This document shows positions 9,475-18,841 of a stretch of DNA of 64,000 bases, piece after piece; within the stretch, counting starts at the first letter, position 1; the number at the start of each line of letters is the position of its first letter. A program made the position numbers and the translations under genes. Source of the stretch: an uncultured Gemmatimonadales bacterium (GTDB lineage Bacteria > Gemmatimonadota > Gemmatimonadetes > Gemmatimonadales > GWC2-71-9); NCBI GenBank assembly GCA_963828735.1, contig CAWHFW010000005.1:2336001-2400000 (forward strand), written 5' to 3'. Under the pieces are notes generated by a model. It searched no databases. It was not told the origin of the DNA and saw only the letters and a program-made list of their open reading frames with translations.

Positions 9475-10639
9475 ATGCACCTTCGGATCCGCGCCCTCCG
9501 GCTGCTGCGCCGGGTGGCTCTCGTGCTCCCCTTCCTGGTGCTCGTCGCGAGCGCTTGCAGCCCCGATCACTATCCCCAAACGGCGCTTCGGCCGCTCTCG
9601 GACTTCGGCAAGATCGGCGATGACATCCAGACCACGACGTTCTACTGGGCGCTCGGGGTGTTTGTCCTGGTCGAGGGGGCGCTGCTCTACGCCATCTTCC
9701 GCTTCCGGGGCAAGCCCGATGATCCGGAGCCCCGGCAGGTGCACGGCAACACGACGGTCGAGATCATCTGGACCGTGATTCCGGCGCTGATCCTGGCCGC
9801 CATCGCCGTGCCGACCGTCCGCGGCGATCTTCGAGACGAACGCCATTCCGAAGGGCGACATCCTCACGATCGAGGTCGTGGGGCATCAGTGGTGGTGGGA
9901 GTTCCGGTATCCGGACCTCAAGCTCACCACCGCCAACGAGGTCCACATTCCGGTCGGCCAGACGGTGTCGTTCCGGATGAGCACGGCGGACGTCGTCCAC
10001 AGCTTCTGGCCGCCCAGGTTCGCGGGCAAGCGCGACGTGTTCCCCAATCGCCAGACCCGCCTCTGGTTCAAGGCCGAACAGGCGGGTGAATACCCGGGCC
10101 AGTGCGCGGAATTCTGCGGCATTGAGCACGCACGCATGGCCTTTCGGGTGCGGGCGCAGACGCCCGAGGAGTTCCAGGCCTGGGTGGCGCACATGCAGAC
10201 GCTGGGCGCCAAGCCGGCGGCGGCCGGTGCGGCGCCCTCGGACTCGGTCCACACGGCCAGCGCCGGCGCCAACGTGCAGGCTCCCCAACCCAAGCCAGGC
10301 GCACCCCAGGCTTCCGCCAAGGATTCGGCGCCGGCCGCCCCGAAGCCGCCCGCCGACCCGGCCTACGCCGCGGGTGAGAAGCTCTTCCTGGCCAAGGGCT
10401 GCGTGGGATGCCACTCGCTCGCGGCCGTCGATGCGCCCAAGGGGATGATCGGGCCGAACCTCGCCAACGTCGGCGCCCGCTCGTTCATCGGCGCCGGCAG
10501 CTTCAAGAACACGGACGAGAACCTCGCCCGCTGGATCCAGAACCCGCAGGCGTTGAAGAAGGGCGTGCTCATGCCCAACCTCGGGGTGACTCCCGAGGAG
10601 GCCAAGTCGCTCGTCGCCTATCTCCGCGCTCACCAATAA
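9475..10639 (+). CDS. coxB: Cytochrome c oxidase subunit II with fused cytochrome c (caa3 type); +1 frameshift near 9822
   Basis: Lipobox LVASAC, HGNTTVEIIWTVIP in one frame; GHQWWWEF, DVVHSFW, CAEFCGIEH..M (CuA) and CVGCH in the next frame. Confidence 0.9.
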
Positions 10640-10647
10640 CAGGGCCT

Positions 10648-12486
10648 ATGGCAACCACCGCACTCGATCAGCAACGGGCGCACGCCGCGAGCCACACCGA
10701 GCCGACCGGCCTGTGGAGCTGGATCACCACGGTCGATCACAAGCGCATCGGCATTCTCTACGGCACCACCGCCTTCATCTTCTTCCTCCTGGGCGGCATC
10801 GAGGCCCTGCTGCTGCGGATCCAGCTCGGGTCGCCGAACAACACGTTCCTTTCGCCCGAGGCCTACAACCAGCTGTTCACCATGCACGGCACGACCATGA
10901 TCTTCCTCGCGATCATGCCGATCAGTGCCGCGTTCTTCAACTTCATCATCCCGCTCCAGATCGGCGCGCGGGACGTGGCGTTCCCGCGGCTCAACGCCTT
11001 CAGCTATTGGGTCTTCCTCGCCGGCGGCCTGTTCTTGAACTCGAGCTTCCTGTTCGGCGCCGCGCCGGACCAGGGCTGGTACGGGTACGCGAACCTCACT
11101 TCGCGCCAGTACTCGCCGGGGCTCAACGTGGACTTCTGGCTGCTGGGTCTCCAGATCCTCGGTGTGGCCTCGCTGGCGGCGGCGGTGAACTTCTTCGTCA
11201 CCATCGTCAATCTGCGCGCGCCCGGCATGAAGCTGATGCGCATGCCGATGTTCACCTGGATGAGCTTCATCACCCAGGTCCTGCTGCTGCTGGCCTTCCC
11301 GGTCATCACGGTGGCGCTGATCCTGCTCATGTTCGACCGCTTCTTCGGGACGCACTTCTTCGTCCCGTCCGGCGGTGGCGATCCGCTGCTCTGGCAGCAC
11401 ATGTTCTGGATCTTCGGGCACCCCGAGGTCTACATCCTGATCCTGCCCGCGTTCGGCGTGGTGAGCGAGGTCCTGCCGGTGTTCTCGCGCAAGCCACTGT
11501 TCGGCTACGCGGCGATGGTCTTCTCGGGCGTGTTCATCGCGTTCCTCGGGTTCGGCGTGTGGAGCCACCACATGTTCACGACGGGCATGGGCCCGATCGC
11601 CGACACCTTCTTCTCGTTGACCACGATGCTGATCGCGATCCCGACGGGCGTGAAGATCTTCAACTGGCTGGGCACCGTGTGGGGCGGCTCGATCCAGTAC
11701 CGCGTGCCGATGTACTTCGCCCTGGGCTTCATCGCGATGTTCATCATCGGCGGGCTGTCGGGCGTCATGCACTCCTCGCCGCCGGCCGATCTGCAGCAGA
11801 ACGACACGTACTTCATCGTCGCGCACTTCCACTACGTGCTGTTCGGTGGCAGCATCTTCGGCCTCACGGCCGGCGCCTACTACTGGTGGCCCAAGATGTT
11901 CGGCCGGATGCTCGACGAGACCCTGGGCAAGGTCCACTTCTGGCTGATGCTCATCGGCTTCAACGTGACCTTCTTCCCGATGCACATCCTCGGGCTCAAC
12001 GGCATGCCGCGCCGGGTGTACACCTACCCGGAGGGGCTCGGGTTCGAGACCCTCAACCGGATCGAGACGATCGGGTCGTTCATCCTGGGATTCTCGTTCC
12101 TGATCTTCCTCATCAACATCGTCAAGACGTGGCGCGGCCCGCGCAACGCGCCGGCCGACCCGTGGAACGGCGCCACCCTCGAGTGGGCCATCCCGTCGCC
12201 GCCGCAGGAGTGGAACTTCGCGGAGATCCCGACCGTGCATGGGCGTGACGCCTTGTGGGAGGCGAAGCGCCTGCAGGGCGGCAAGCTGCCGGAGCCGCCC
12301 CGGGTGAGCGGCCAGGGGATCCATCTCCCCCATCCGTCGTACTGGCCGATGGTCGCAGCCCTCGGCGTGGTGGGGCTGATGATCGGCGTGATGCTCGTGC
12401 CCCACATCGGTCCGTGGGGCATCATCGCGGGCGCGGCGATCCTGTTCACCGGAGTGTTCAACTGGGCCTTCGAGCCCGCGGGGTGA
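10648..12486 (+). CDS. coxA: Cytochrome c oxidase subunit I (A1 type)
   Basis: DHKRIG, HGTTM, FGHPEVY, WSHHM, AHFHY. Confidence 0.97.
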   Translation: MATTALDQQRAHAASHTEPTGLWSWITTVDHKRIGILYGTTAFIFFLLGGIEALLLRIQLGSPNNTFLSPEAYNQLFTMHGTTMIFLAIMPISAAFFNFIIPLQIGARDVAFPRLNAFSYWVFLAGGLFLNSSFLFGAAPDQGWYGYANLTSRQYSPGLNVDFWLLGLQILGVASLAAAVNFFVTIVNLRAPGMKLMRMPMFTWMSFITQVLLLLAFPVITVALILLMFDRFFGTHFFVPSGGGDPLLWQHMFWIFGHPEVYILILPAFGVVSEVLPVFSRKPLFGYAAMVFSGVFIAFLGFGVWSHHMFTTGMGPIADTFFSLTTMLIAIPTGVKIFNWLGTVWGGSIQYRVPMYFALGFIAMFIIGGLSGVMHSSPPADLQQNDTYFIVAHFHYVLFGGSIFGLTAGAYYWWPKMFGRMLDETLGKVHFWLMLIGFNVTFFPMHILGLNGMPRRVYTYPEGLGFETLNRIETIGSFILGFSFLIFLINIVKTWRGPRNAPADPWNGATLEWAIPSPPQEWNFAEIPTVHGRDALWEAKRLQGGKLPEPPRVSGQGIHLPHPSYWPMVAALGVVGLMIGVMLVPHIGPWGIIAGAAILFTGVFNWAFEPAG

Positions 12487-12524
12487 GTCGAGTCGATTTG
12501 CCGACTCCCGACTCCCGACTCACC
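12482..12524. repeat. CCGACTC heptamer tandem repeat forming a hairpin
   Basis: GGTGAGTCGAGTCG ... CCGACTC CCGACTC CCGACTC ACC between coxA and coxC. Confidence 0.6.
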
Positions 12525-12544
12525 ACTGCTCCAAGGAGCCGACC

Positions 12545-13177
12545 TTGTCCGACCACGCAGCCGCAGCGCATCCCGAGACCTCGACCGGACTCGACAGCCG
12601 AAAGCTGGCGATCTGGACCTTCATCGGGTCGGAATGCCTGTTCTTCGCCACGTTGATCTCCAACTACCTCGTGCACAAGGAAACCTGGCTGTCGGGGCCG
12701 GGTCCGTTTCCGCATGACGTCTGGAAATCCCCCTCCGGCCAGGTCTTCGAGCCGATCATCGAGATCCCGCTGGTCACGCTGGGCACCGCGTTGCTGCTGT
12801 TCAGCTCGCTCTTCGTGGTGCTGGCCCTGGCCAGCGCGCAGCGGGGGAACCGGCGCGGGCTGCTCCTGTGGCTCGGCGCCACGCTGTTCTGCGGCTTCTT
12901 CTTCGTCGGCATGCAGGTGTTCGAGTTCACCCACTTCGTCCACAAGGGGCTCACGCTCAAGACCAACCTGTTCGGGGCGAGCTTCTTCACGCTGACCGGG
13001 TTCCATGGTACGCACGTGACGTTGGGCGTGATCTGGCTGCTGACGCTCTGGATCGAGGCGTTCCGCGGCAAGATCCCGCCGGCAAAATCGTTGAACCTCG
13101 AGATTGCCGCGCTGTACTGGCACTTCGTGGACGTGGTCTGGATCGTGATCTTCCCCGTCGTCTACCTGATCAAGTAG
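12545..13177 (+). CDS. coxC: Cytochrome c oxidase subunit III
   Basis: FIGSECLFF, TGFHGTHV, LYWHFVDVVW; TTG start with AAGGAG RBS. Confidence 0.93.
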   Translation: MSDHAAAAHPETSTGLDSRKLAIWTFIGSECLFFATLISNYLVHKETWLSGPGPFPHDVWKSPSGQVFEPIIEIPLVTLGTALLLFSSLFVVLALASAQRGNRRGLLLWLGATLFCGFFFVGMQVFEFTHFVHKGLTLKTNLFGASFFTLTGFHGTHVTLGVIWLLTLWIEAFRGKIPPAKSLNLEIAALYWHFVDVVWIVIFPVVYLIK

Positions 13178-13186
13178 GGGACTCGC

Positions 13187-13540
13187 ATGGACGCCCACGG
13201 TTCTCAGCCCGCCGAGCACACCCACCCGAGCTCCGGCGTGTACGTCAAGATCGGGCTCGTGCTGTTCGTGCTCACCGCGCTCGAGGTCGGACTCTACGAG
13301 TTCACCTACGGCGAGCATTCCGGCGCCACCGGTCACGCGCTCCAGCCGTTCTTCGTGCCGCTCCTGCTGGCGCTGTCCGCGCTCAAGTTCGCGCTCGTGG
13401 CGATGTTCTACATGCACCTCAAGCAGGATAGCCGGCTGTTCAGCGGCGTGTTCGTGTTCCCGCTCATCATCGCCACGGTGATCATCCTGGCCCTCATCGC
13501 CCTCGAGGCCTACCACTTCGCCTTCGCGACCTCCGGGTGA
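13187..13540 (+). CDS. Cytochrome c oxidase subunit IV family protein
   Basis: Three TM helices, KFALVAMFYMHLK. Confidence 0.85.
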   Translation: MDAHGSQPAEHTHPSSGVYVKIGLVLFVLTALEVGLYEFTYGEHSGATGHALQPFFVPLLLALSALKFALVAMFYMHLKQDSRLFSGVFVFPLIIATVIILALIALEAYHFAFATSG

Positions 13541-14361
13541 TCCTGCTGCCGTTCGCGCCGCTCCTCGACGAGCGGCCGCGGCCGACCGGGCCATACGAGT
13601 GGGCCTGGTCGCTGCACCCCAGCGTACTCTTGGGCACCGGGCTTCTCGGTGCCCTGTACTTTTACGGGATCGGGCCCTGGCGACGCGCGCGGGGCCTGCC
13701 GCCCGCGCCGCGCTGGAAGGTGGCGTCCTTCGTCGCGTCGCTGCTCGTGCTGCTCGGCTCGCTCAACGGCCCGGTACACGATCTGAGCGACTACTACCTG
13801 TTCTCCGTCCACATGGCGCAGCACCTGCTGCTCACCCTGGTCTTCCCGCCGCTGCTGATTCTGGGACTGCCCGGGTGGCTGGTCGAGCCCCTGCTCAAGC
13901 CGGCGTCCGTGCGCCGGGTGGCGCGGGTCCTGACGCACCCGGTCGCGGCCGCGGTGATCTTCACCGCGACGATCGCCGTCTGGCACGTGTCGCAGTACTA
14001 CGATCTGATGATGCGGGATCACGACGTTCACATCGTCACCCACCTCATGTTCATGGCGACGGCCACGCTGCTGTGGTGGCCCGTGATGAGCCCGGTGCCC
14101 GACGTCCTGCCGCGACTCGGGTACGGCCTTGGCATGCTCTACCTGTTCCTCGTGGGCATTCCGATGCAGATCGTCGCCGCGTTGATCACGTTGAGCGGCA
14201 GCGTACTGTATCCCTGGTACTCGGTCGCGCCGCGCACCTGGGGGCTCTCGCCGCTCGACGATCAGCAGCTCGGCGGACTCCTCATGTGGGTGCCGGGGAA
14301 CCTGTACATGTTCCTGGTGATCGGGGTGCTGTTTCTGGTGTGGGCGAGGGAGAATCAGTAG
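13537..14361 (+). CDS. ctaG: caa3-type CtaG oxidase assembly factor
   Basis: FSVHMAQHLLL, WH, DQQLGGLLMW. Confidence 0.88.
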   Translation: MILLPFAPLLDERPRPTGPYEWAWSLHPSVLLGTGLLGALYFYGIGPWRRARGLPPAPRWKVASFVASLLVLLGSLNGPVHDLSDYYLFSVHMAQHLLLTLVFPPLLILGLPGWLVEPLLKPASVRRVARVLTHPVAAAVIFTATIAVWHVSQYYDLMMRDHDVHIVTHLMFMATATLLWWPVMSPVPDVLPRLGYGLGMLYLFLVGIPMQIVAALITLSGSVLYPWYSVAPRTWGLSPLDDQQLGGLLMWVPGNLYMFLVIGVLFLVWARENQ

Positions 14362-14407
14362 GGCCGGACGGGGGGCGGCGAGACGTACGCGTTGAGGAAC
14401 TCTTCCT

Positions 14408-15049
14408 TCAGGCCTTCGGTTCGGTCGCTCCCGCCTCGACCACCGCCGCCGCGATGGTCGTCTCGAACCCCCAGCGGTCGGCATCTCCGAAGCGCCCGAG
14501 GGCCGCCGACCGCAGACACTCCATCTCCCGCTCCTCGAATCCCTCGAGCGCGAACGGCGTCGGCGGCAGGTCGGCGTAGCCGGGAAACTGATGCTGAATC
14601 GGGCAGGCGTTCTCGATCACGCGTCCAGCGGGCGTGACCATGCCGAGGCCGATCATGCGGCACACGAGCGGACGGTCCTCGTAGACGACACAGCGACCGG
14701 CATCGTCCAGCAGCGGACACGGCTCACCGGCCAGCGCATCCGAGAGCCGATCGAAGCGCTCCTCCCCCAGTTCCGCGATTTCGTAAGGAGTCCCCCAGGC
14801 GGGCTCGATGGCGCGCATGCGATCCAGCAGGCTCGCCGCGCGCACGACCGCCTGTGCCCGAAGCGGGGTGGGTAAATGGCGCACCGCCTCTGTCAGCAGT
14901 TCGGCATCGGCGACGGAGATGTCGAACGGTCCGTGGCAGCAGGCCGTACAGCCGCCGCGACAGGGGACCCGTCCGCCGGCCGTCTCGCGGCCGCTATCGA
15001 ACCACTCAGCCAGCTCCGCGAGAAGTGATCGGTAGGGGGTGACGGTCAT
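14408..15049 (-). CDS. YkgJ-family cysteine-cluster protein
   Basis: CRGGCTACC ... CPLL...C.VYEDRPLVCR. Confidence 0.85.
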   Translation of the reverse strand: MTVTPYRSLLAELAEWFDSGRETAGGRVPCRGGCTACCHGPFDISVADAELLTEAVRHLPTPLRAQAVVRAASLLDRMRAIEPAWGTPYEIAELGEERFDRLSDALAGEPCPLLDDAGRCVVYEDRPLVCRMIGLGMVTPAGRVIENACPIQHQFPGYADLPPTPFALEGFEEREMECLRSAALGRFGDADRWGFETTIAAAVVEAGATEPKA

Positions 15050-15082
15050 CGGGAAGCTTTGTCCCCGGGTGTCATCCACGGC

Positions 15083-15451
15083 TCACCCGCGGCGAGTGGC
15101 GAGCGCTAGGCAGATCCATCCGGCGAGGAACGCCAAGCCGCCGAGCGGCGTAACGGCTCCCAGCCATCGAGCGCCGGACAACGCCAAGGCATAGAGGCTT
15201 CCGGAAAAGAGCAGGGTCCCCGCGACGAACAGCCACCCTGCGCACTGGGTGAGCGGACCGGGCCACCTGCTAACGGCCCACGCCACGGCGATCAGGCCGA
15301 GCGCGTGGTACATCTCATACCGGGCACCGGTCTCGAACGCGGCGAGCAGATCGGCCGGGAGCCGCGCGCGAAGGGCGTGGGCACCGAAGGCCCCAGCGGC
15401 GACGGAAACGAACGCCGAGAACGCGCCAAGGCCGAAGAAGAGGCGTTCCAC
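15083..15451 (-). CDS. DUF423 (YgdD/TMEM256) membrane protein
   Basis: GAFGAH, Y.MYHAL, FSGSLY, TPLGG. Confidence 0.88.
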   Translation of the reverse strand: MERLFFGLGAFSAFVSVAAGAFGAHALRARLPADLLAAFETGARYEMYHALGLIAVAWAVSRWPGPLTQCAGWLFVAGTLLFSGSLYALALSGARWLGAVTPLGGLAFLAGWICLALATRRG

Positions 15452-15455
15452 GCCG

Positions 15456-16148
15456 TCACCGCACCGGGTGGGCCGCCGACTCGGCGGTGGTGGCCGCCCG
15501 GTCCGCCCAGGCGGCGAGCGCGGCGATCACGAGCATGAACCCGATGTCGCCGGCACCGATGGCGAGCGTGCTCGCCGGCGCGGGCCCGAGCAGCGATGCC
15601 GCATAGGTCGCGAGCAGCAGCGCCAGCACGCAGCCGATCCGCACCGGTCGAACCGGATGACGGCGCGAGGCGCCCCGGGCGTAGATGACGAGGCCGGCGG
15701 TCAGCACCGCCACCTCGAGCGCGACGCTCACTCCGACGTGACGCCAGAGGCCGAGTCCGAACTTGGGCGAATCGTTGCCCGCGAGCGGCAGGTCGGGGAC
15801 GTGCACGATGAGGTCGAGAAACCAGTGCGACGCGACGGCAAGCCCCACGAGCGCCGAGGCTTGCCAGTGGCGCGTCGTGTCGCGTGTGGGCCAGGAGTAG
15901 TAGCACACGGCCGCGGCCAATCCCCAGCCCACCGCGCCCGCGAGACTGTGGCTGATCGGATAGTCGTAGAACTGCAGCTTGAGGAGAGGGTTCTCGTCCG
16001 GAAGGATCCGCACGTGCTCCCATCCGAGAATGAGGAACGCGCCCCACAGCAGGTCCACCAGCTGCACCGCGATGAACAGCGTGCCGAGCGACACTTTGGG
16101 CTCCGCTCGCTTGAGACCCAGCGCCACCCCGTAGTGACCCACGAACAT
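15456..16148 (-). CDS. Membrane protein, putative metal-dependent hydrolase
   Basis: MFVGH, DLLW, SHSL, SHWFLD..VH; multiple TM segments. Confidence 0.7.
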   Translation of the reverse strand: MFVGHYGVALGLKRAEPKVSLGTLFIAVQLVDLLWGAFLILGWEHVRILPDENPLLKLQFYDYPISHSLAGAVGWGLAAAVCYYSWPTRDTTRHWQASALVGLAVASHWFLDLIVHVPDLPLAGNDSPKFGLGLWRHVGVSVALEVAVLTAGLVIYARGASRRHPVRPVRIGCVLALLLATYAASLLGPAPASTLAIGAGDIGFMLVIAALAAWADRAATTAESAAHPVR

Positions 16149-16149
16149 G

Positions 16150-16986
16150 TCAGGATCTCCCGCCTGCGAGCCATGAGCCGCCATCCACGACGAAGATCGC
16201 TCCAGTAATCCATTCCGCGGCCGGGCCCGCGAGGAACGTGACTATCTGTCCCACGTCCTCCGGTCTACCCCACCGGCCGAGCGGAATGGCCCGCTCGGCG
16301 TACTCGTCCATGCGGAAGAGGTCGGGGGCCCGCGCGTCCGGCGGCGTGAAGGCCCGCTTGACGCCCTCGGTCGGAATGGGCCCGGGCGCGACCGCGTTGA
16401 CCGTGATCCGGTCAGGGGCCCACTCGAGCGCGAGCGTGCGGGTCAACGCGTCCACGCCGGCTTTCGCCGCCGTCGCGTGCGCCATCAGCGGCCAGCCGCG
16501 ATAGTGCAGGGTCATCGAGATCGAGACGATGCGGCCGCCACCCTGCGACTTCATCACCGGGTAGACGGCCTGCGCGCAGTAGAAGCTGCCGTAGAGGTCG
16601 GTCTCGACCACCGCGCGCCAGGCATTGGGCGACAGGCTCGCCGAGGGGGCGTAGAAGTTGCCCGCCGCATTGTTCACCAGGATGTCGATACGTCCGTGGT
16701 CGGCCGTCACCTGCTCAACCATGCGGGCCACCGCCTCGGGCTCGCGCACGTTGGTCTCGACCGTGCTCACGCGCGCGCCGCGCCCGCGGAGGGCCGTGGC
16801 GGCCGGCTCGAGGTGCTCGGGCTTGCGGCTCGCGATCGCTACAGTCGCCCCCGCCGCGGCCAGACACGACGCGATGCCCAGGCCGATGCCGGTCCCCCCG
16901 CCGGTGACGAGGGCGACACGGCCGGCGAGCATGTCGGATCGGAAGACGGCGCTCTCTGAGGTCCCGGCCGGTCCGGGCGCGCTCAC
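16150..16986 (-). CDS. SDR, 2,4-dienoyl-CoA reductase-like
   Basis: TGGGTGIG, NNAAGNF, H..AAKAGVD, APGPI. Confidence 0.85.
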   Translation of the reverse strand: MSAPGPAGTSESAVFRSDMLAGRVALVTGGGTGIGLGIASCLAAAGATVAIASRKPEHLEPAATALRGRGARVSTVETNVREPEAVARMVEQVTADHGRIDILVNNAAGNFYAPSASLSPNAWRAVVETDLYGSFYCAQAVYPVMKSQGGGRIVSISMTLHYRGWPLMAHATAAKAGVDALTRTLALEWAPDRITVNAVAPGPIPTEGVKRAFTPPDARAPDLFRMDEYAERAIPLGRWGRPEDVGQIVTFLAGPAAEWITGAIFVVDGGSWLAGGRS

Positions 16987-17771
16987 GCGCCCTCCGCGCG
17001 TGCGGCGGCCTTCACGGTGAATGCCTCGAGCCGACGCCGGAACTCGGGCCCCTGCAGGGCCTGGAGCTGCGCCGCGCCCTCCGTCGCGAGGACCTGCTCG
17101 AGCGCGCCGACCTCCTGGGCCCGCACCAGCCGCTTGATCGCGCGCACGCTCGACGTCGCCCCCGCAGTCAGACGGGCGGCGATCGTCGTCACCTCCGCGT
17201 CGAGCTGTCCCGGGTCCGCCACTTCGTCAACCAGGCCGATGGCCAGCGCGCGGGCCGCATCGATCGTCTCGCCCGCCAGCAGGAGACGGAGCGCGGGGCC
17301 GATCCCGACCAACCTCGGCAGCGTGAAGGTGGAGCCGCCGTCGGGGATGAGCGCCATGCGTGCGAATGCCGAGGTGAAGCTGGCGTCGCGGGACGCGACT
17401 CGAAGGTCGCACGCGAGGGCCAGATCGAGTCCGAAGCCCGCGGCGGTGCCTTCGACCACGGCGAGGACGGGCACCGGGCAGCGTACGACGGCGAGGATAG
17501 CCGCCTGAAAATCGGCGAGGCCATGCTGCAGCTCGGCGATGGCGGGAATGTCGCCCAGCCCACGGAGCCAATGCAGGTCCAGTCCGGCCGAGAAATGTCC
17601 GCCCGCGCCGCGAAGCACCACGAGCTCCGCCTCGCCCGAAACCTCGACCTCGTCCAGCGCCTGGGCGAGGGCTCGGGCGAGCGTGGGGGTCAGCGCGTTG
17701 CGACGGCCGGGACGATTGATGGTGAGCCGATGGATGGGCCCATCGGTGCGGGACAGCAACTCGTCGGACAT
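16983..17771 (-). CDS. Enoyl-CoA hydratase/isomerase family protein
   Basis: NRP.RRNAL, FSAGLDL, LALACDLR, PDGG. Confidence 0.88.
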   Translation of the reverse strand: MSDELLSRTDGPIHRLTINRPGRRNALTPTLARALAQALDEVEVSGEAELVVLRGAGGHFSAGLDLHWLRGLGDIPAIAELQHGLADFQAAILAVVRCPVPVLAVVEGTAAGFGLDLALACDLRVASRDASFTSAFARMALIPDGGSTFTLPRLVGIGPALRLLLAGETIDAARALAIGLVDEVADPGQLDAEVTTIAARLTAGATSSVRAIKRLVRAQEVGALEQVLATEGAAQLQALQGPEFRRRLEAFTVKAAARAEGA

Positions 17772-17839
17772 CGGTCGACTCTCGGGATGACTGCGGAGCT
17801 ACGTGCTGCGAAGGCCAGGGCGTGTATAATATGGCGTCC

Positions 17840-18739
17840 TCAGCCGCCATCCCCCACCACCGCCATGCCCATCGCGTGGAACCCGTTGTCCACGTACACG
17901 ACGCTGCCGGTGATCGCAGCGGCGAGTGGGCTGCAGAGGAACGCGGCCGTGTGGCCCACGTCGACCGCGTCGATGGGTCGGGGCAACGGCGAGTTCGCGG
18001 CGGCGTACTTGATCATCGTGTCGATGAAGCCGATCGCCGACGCGGCGCGCGAGGCCCAGGGCCCGGCGGAGATGGCGTTGACCCGCACGCCCCACCGGCG
18101 GCCCGCCTCGTAGGCGAGCGTCCGGGTATCGGCCTCCAGTGCCGCCTTGGCCGAGGACATCCCGCCGCCGTATCCCGGAATCACGCGCTCCCCGGCCATG
18201 TAGGTCAACGACAGGAACGAGCCACCCGGCCGGAGCAGCGGCGACAGGTGCCGCACCAGGCTGATGTTGCTGTAGGCGCTGACACTCACCGCGGCGAGAT
18301 ACCCCTGCCGGCTGGTGTCCACCAACGGCGACTTCACTTCGGGCGCGTTGGCCAGGCTGTGGACGACGATGTCGAGCCCCTGATCGCCGAAGTCCTGGCG
18401 GATGCGCTCGGTCATCCCCTGGATGCTGAAGTCCCCCTGCTCCTTGTAGCGCTTGTTCTCGAGGACGTCGGACGGCGCGTCGGCCAGCGTGTCGAAGGCC
18501 GCGTCGAGTGGATAGATCCGCTCGAACGCGAACTTGGCGCCGCCGCCGAGCTGCATCGACTCGTCCATCTTGCCGCGCTCGAGCAGTTTGGTGAAGATGC
18601 CGAGCGCCGGCGGCCAGCTACCCACACAGATGCTTGCGCCGGCCTCGGCGAGCGCCTTGGCGATGGCGAAGCCGAAGCCGCCGTCGTCCGAGACGCCGGC
18701 CACGAGGGCGCGCTTGCCGGTGAGGTCGATCGTGAGCAT
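17840..18739 (-). CDS. fabI: Enoyl-ACP reductase, chlamydial/plant-plastid type
   Basis: AGVSDDGGFGFAIA, YPLDA.FD, VHSLANAPEV, GYGGGMSSAKAALE. Confidence 0.88.
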   Translation of the reverse strand: MLTIDLTGKRALVAGVSDDGGFGFAIAKALAEAGASICVGSWPPALGIFTKLLERGKMDESMQLGGGAKFAFERIYPLDAAFDTLADAPSDVLENKRYKEQGDFSIQGMTERIRQDFGDQGLDIVVHSLANAPEVKSPLVDTSRQGYLAAVSVSAYSNISLVRHLSPLLRPGGSFLSLTYMAGERVIPGYGGGMSSAKAALEADTRTLAYEAGRRWGVRVNAISAGPWASRAASAIGFIDTMIKYAAANSPLPRPIDAVDVGHTAAFLCSPLAAAITGSVVYVDNGFHAMGMAVVGDGG

Positions 18740-18841
18740 GCGGTCGCCTGGTCGTGAGTCGTGGGTGGCGAACGAGCCGCGCGCCGCGAGGCGCGCGTCG
18801 TAAGTCATAGGTCATCCGCCGGAGGATGTAAAGGCTCGCGG

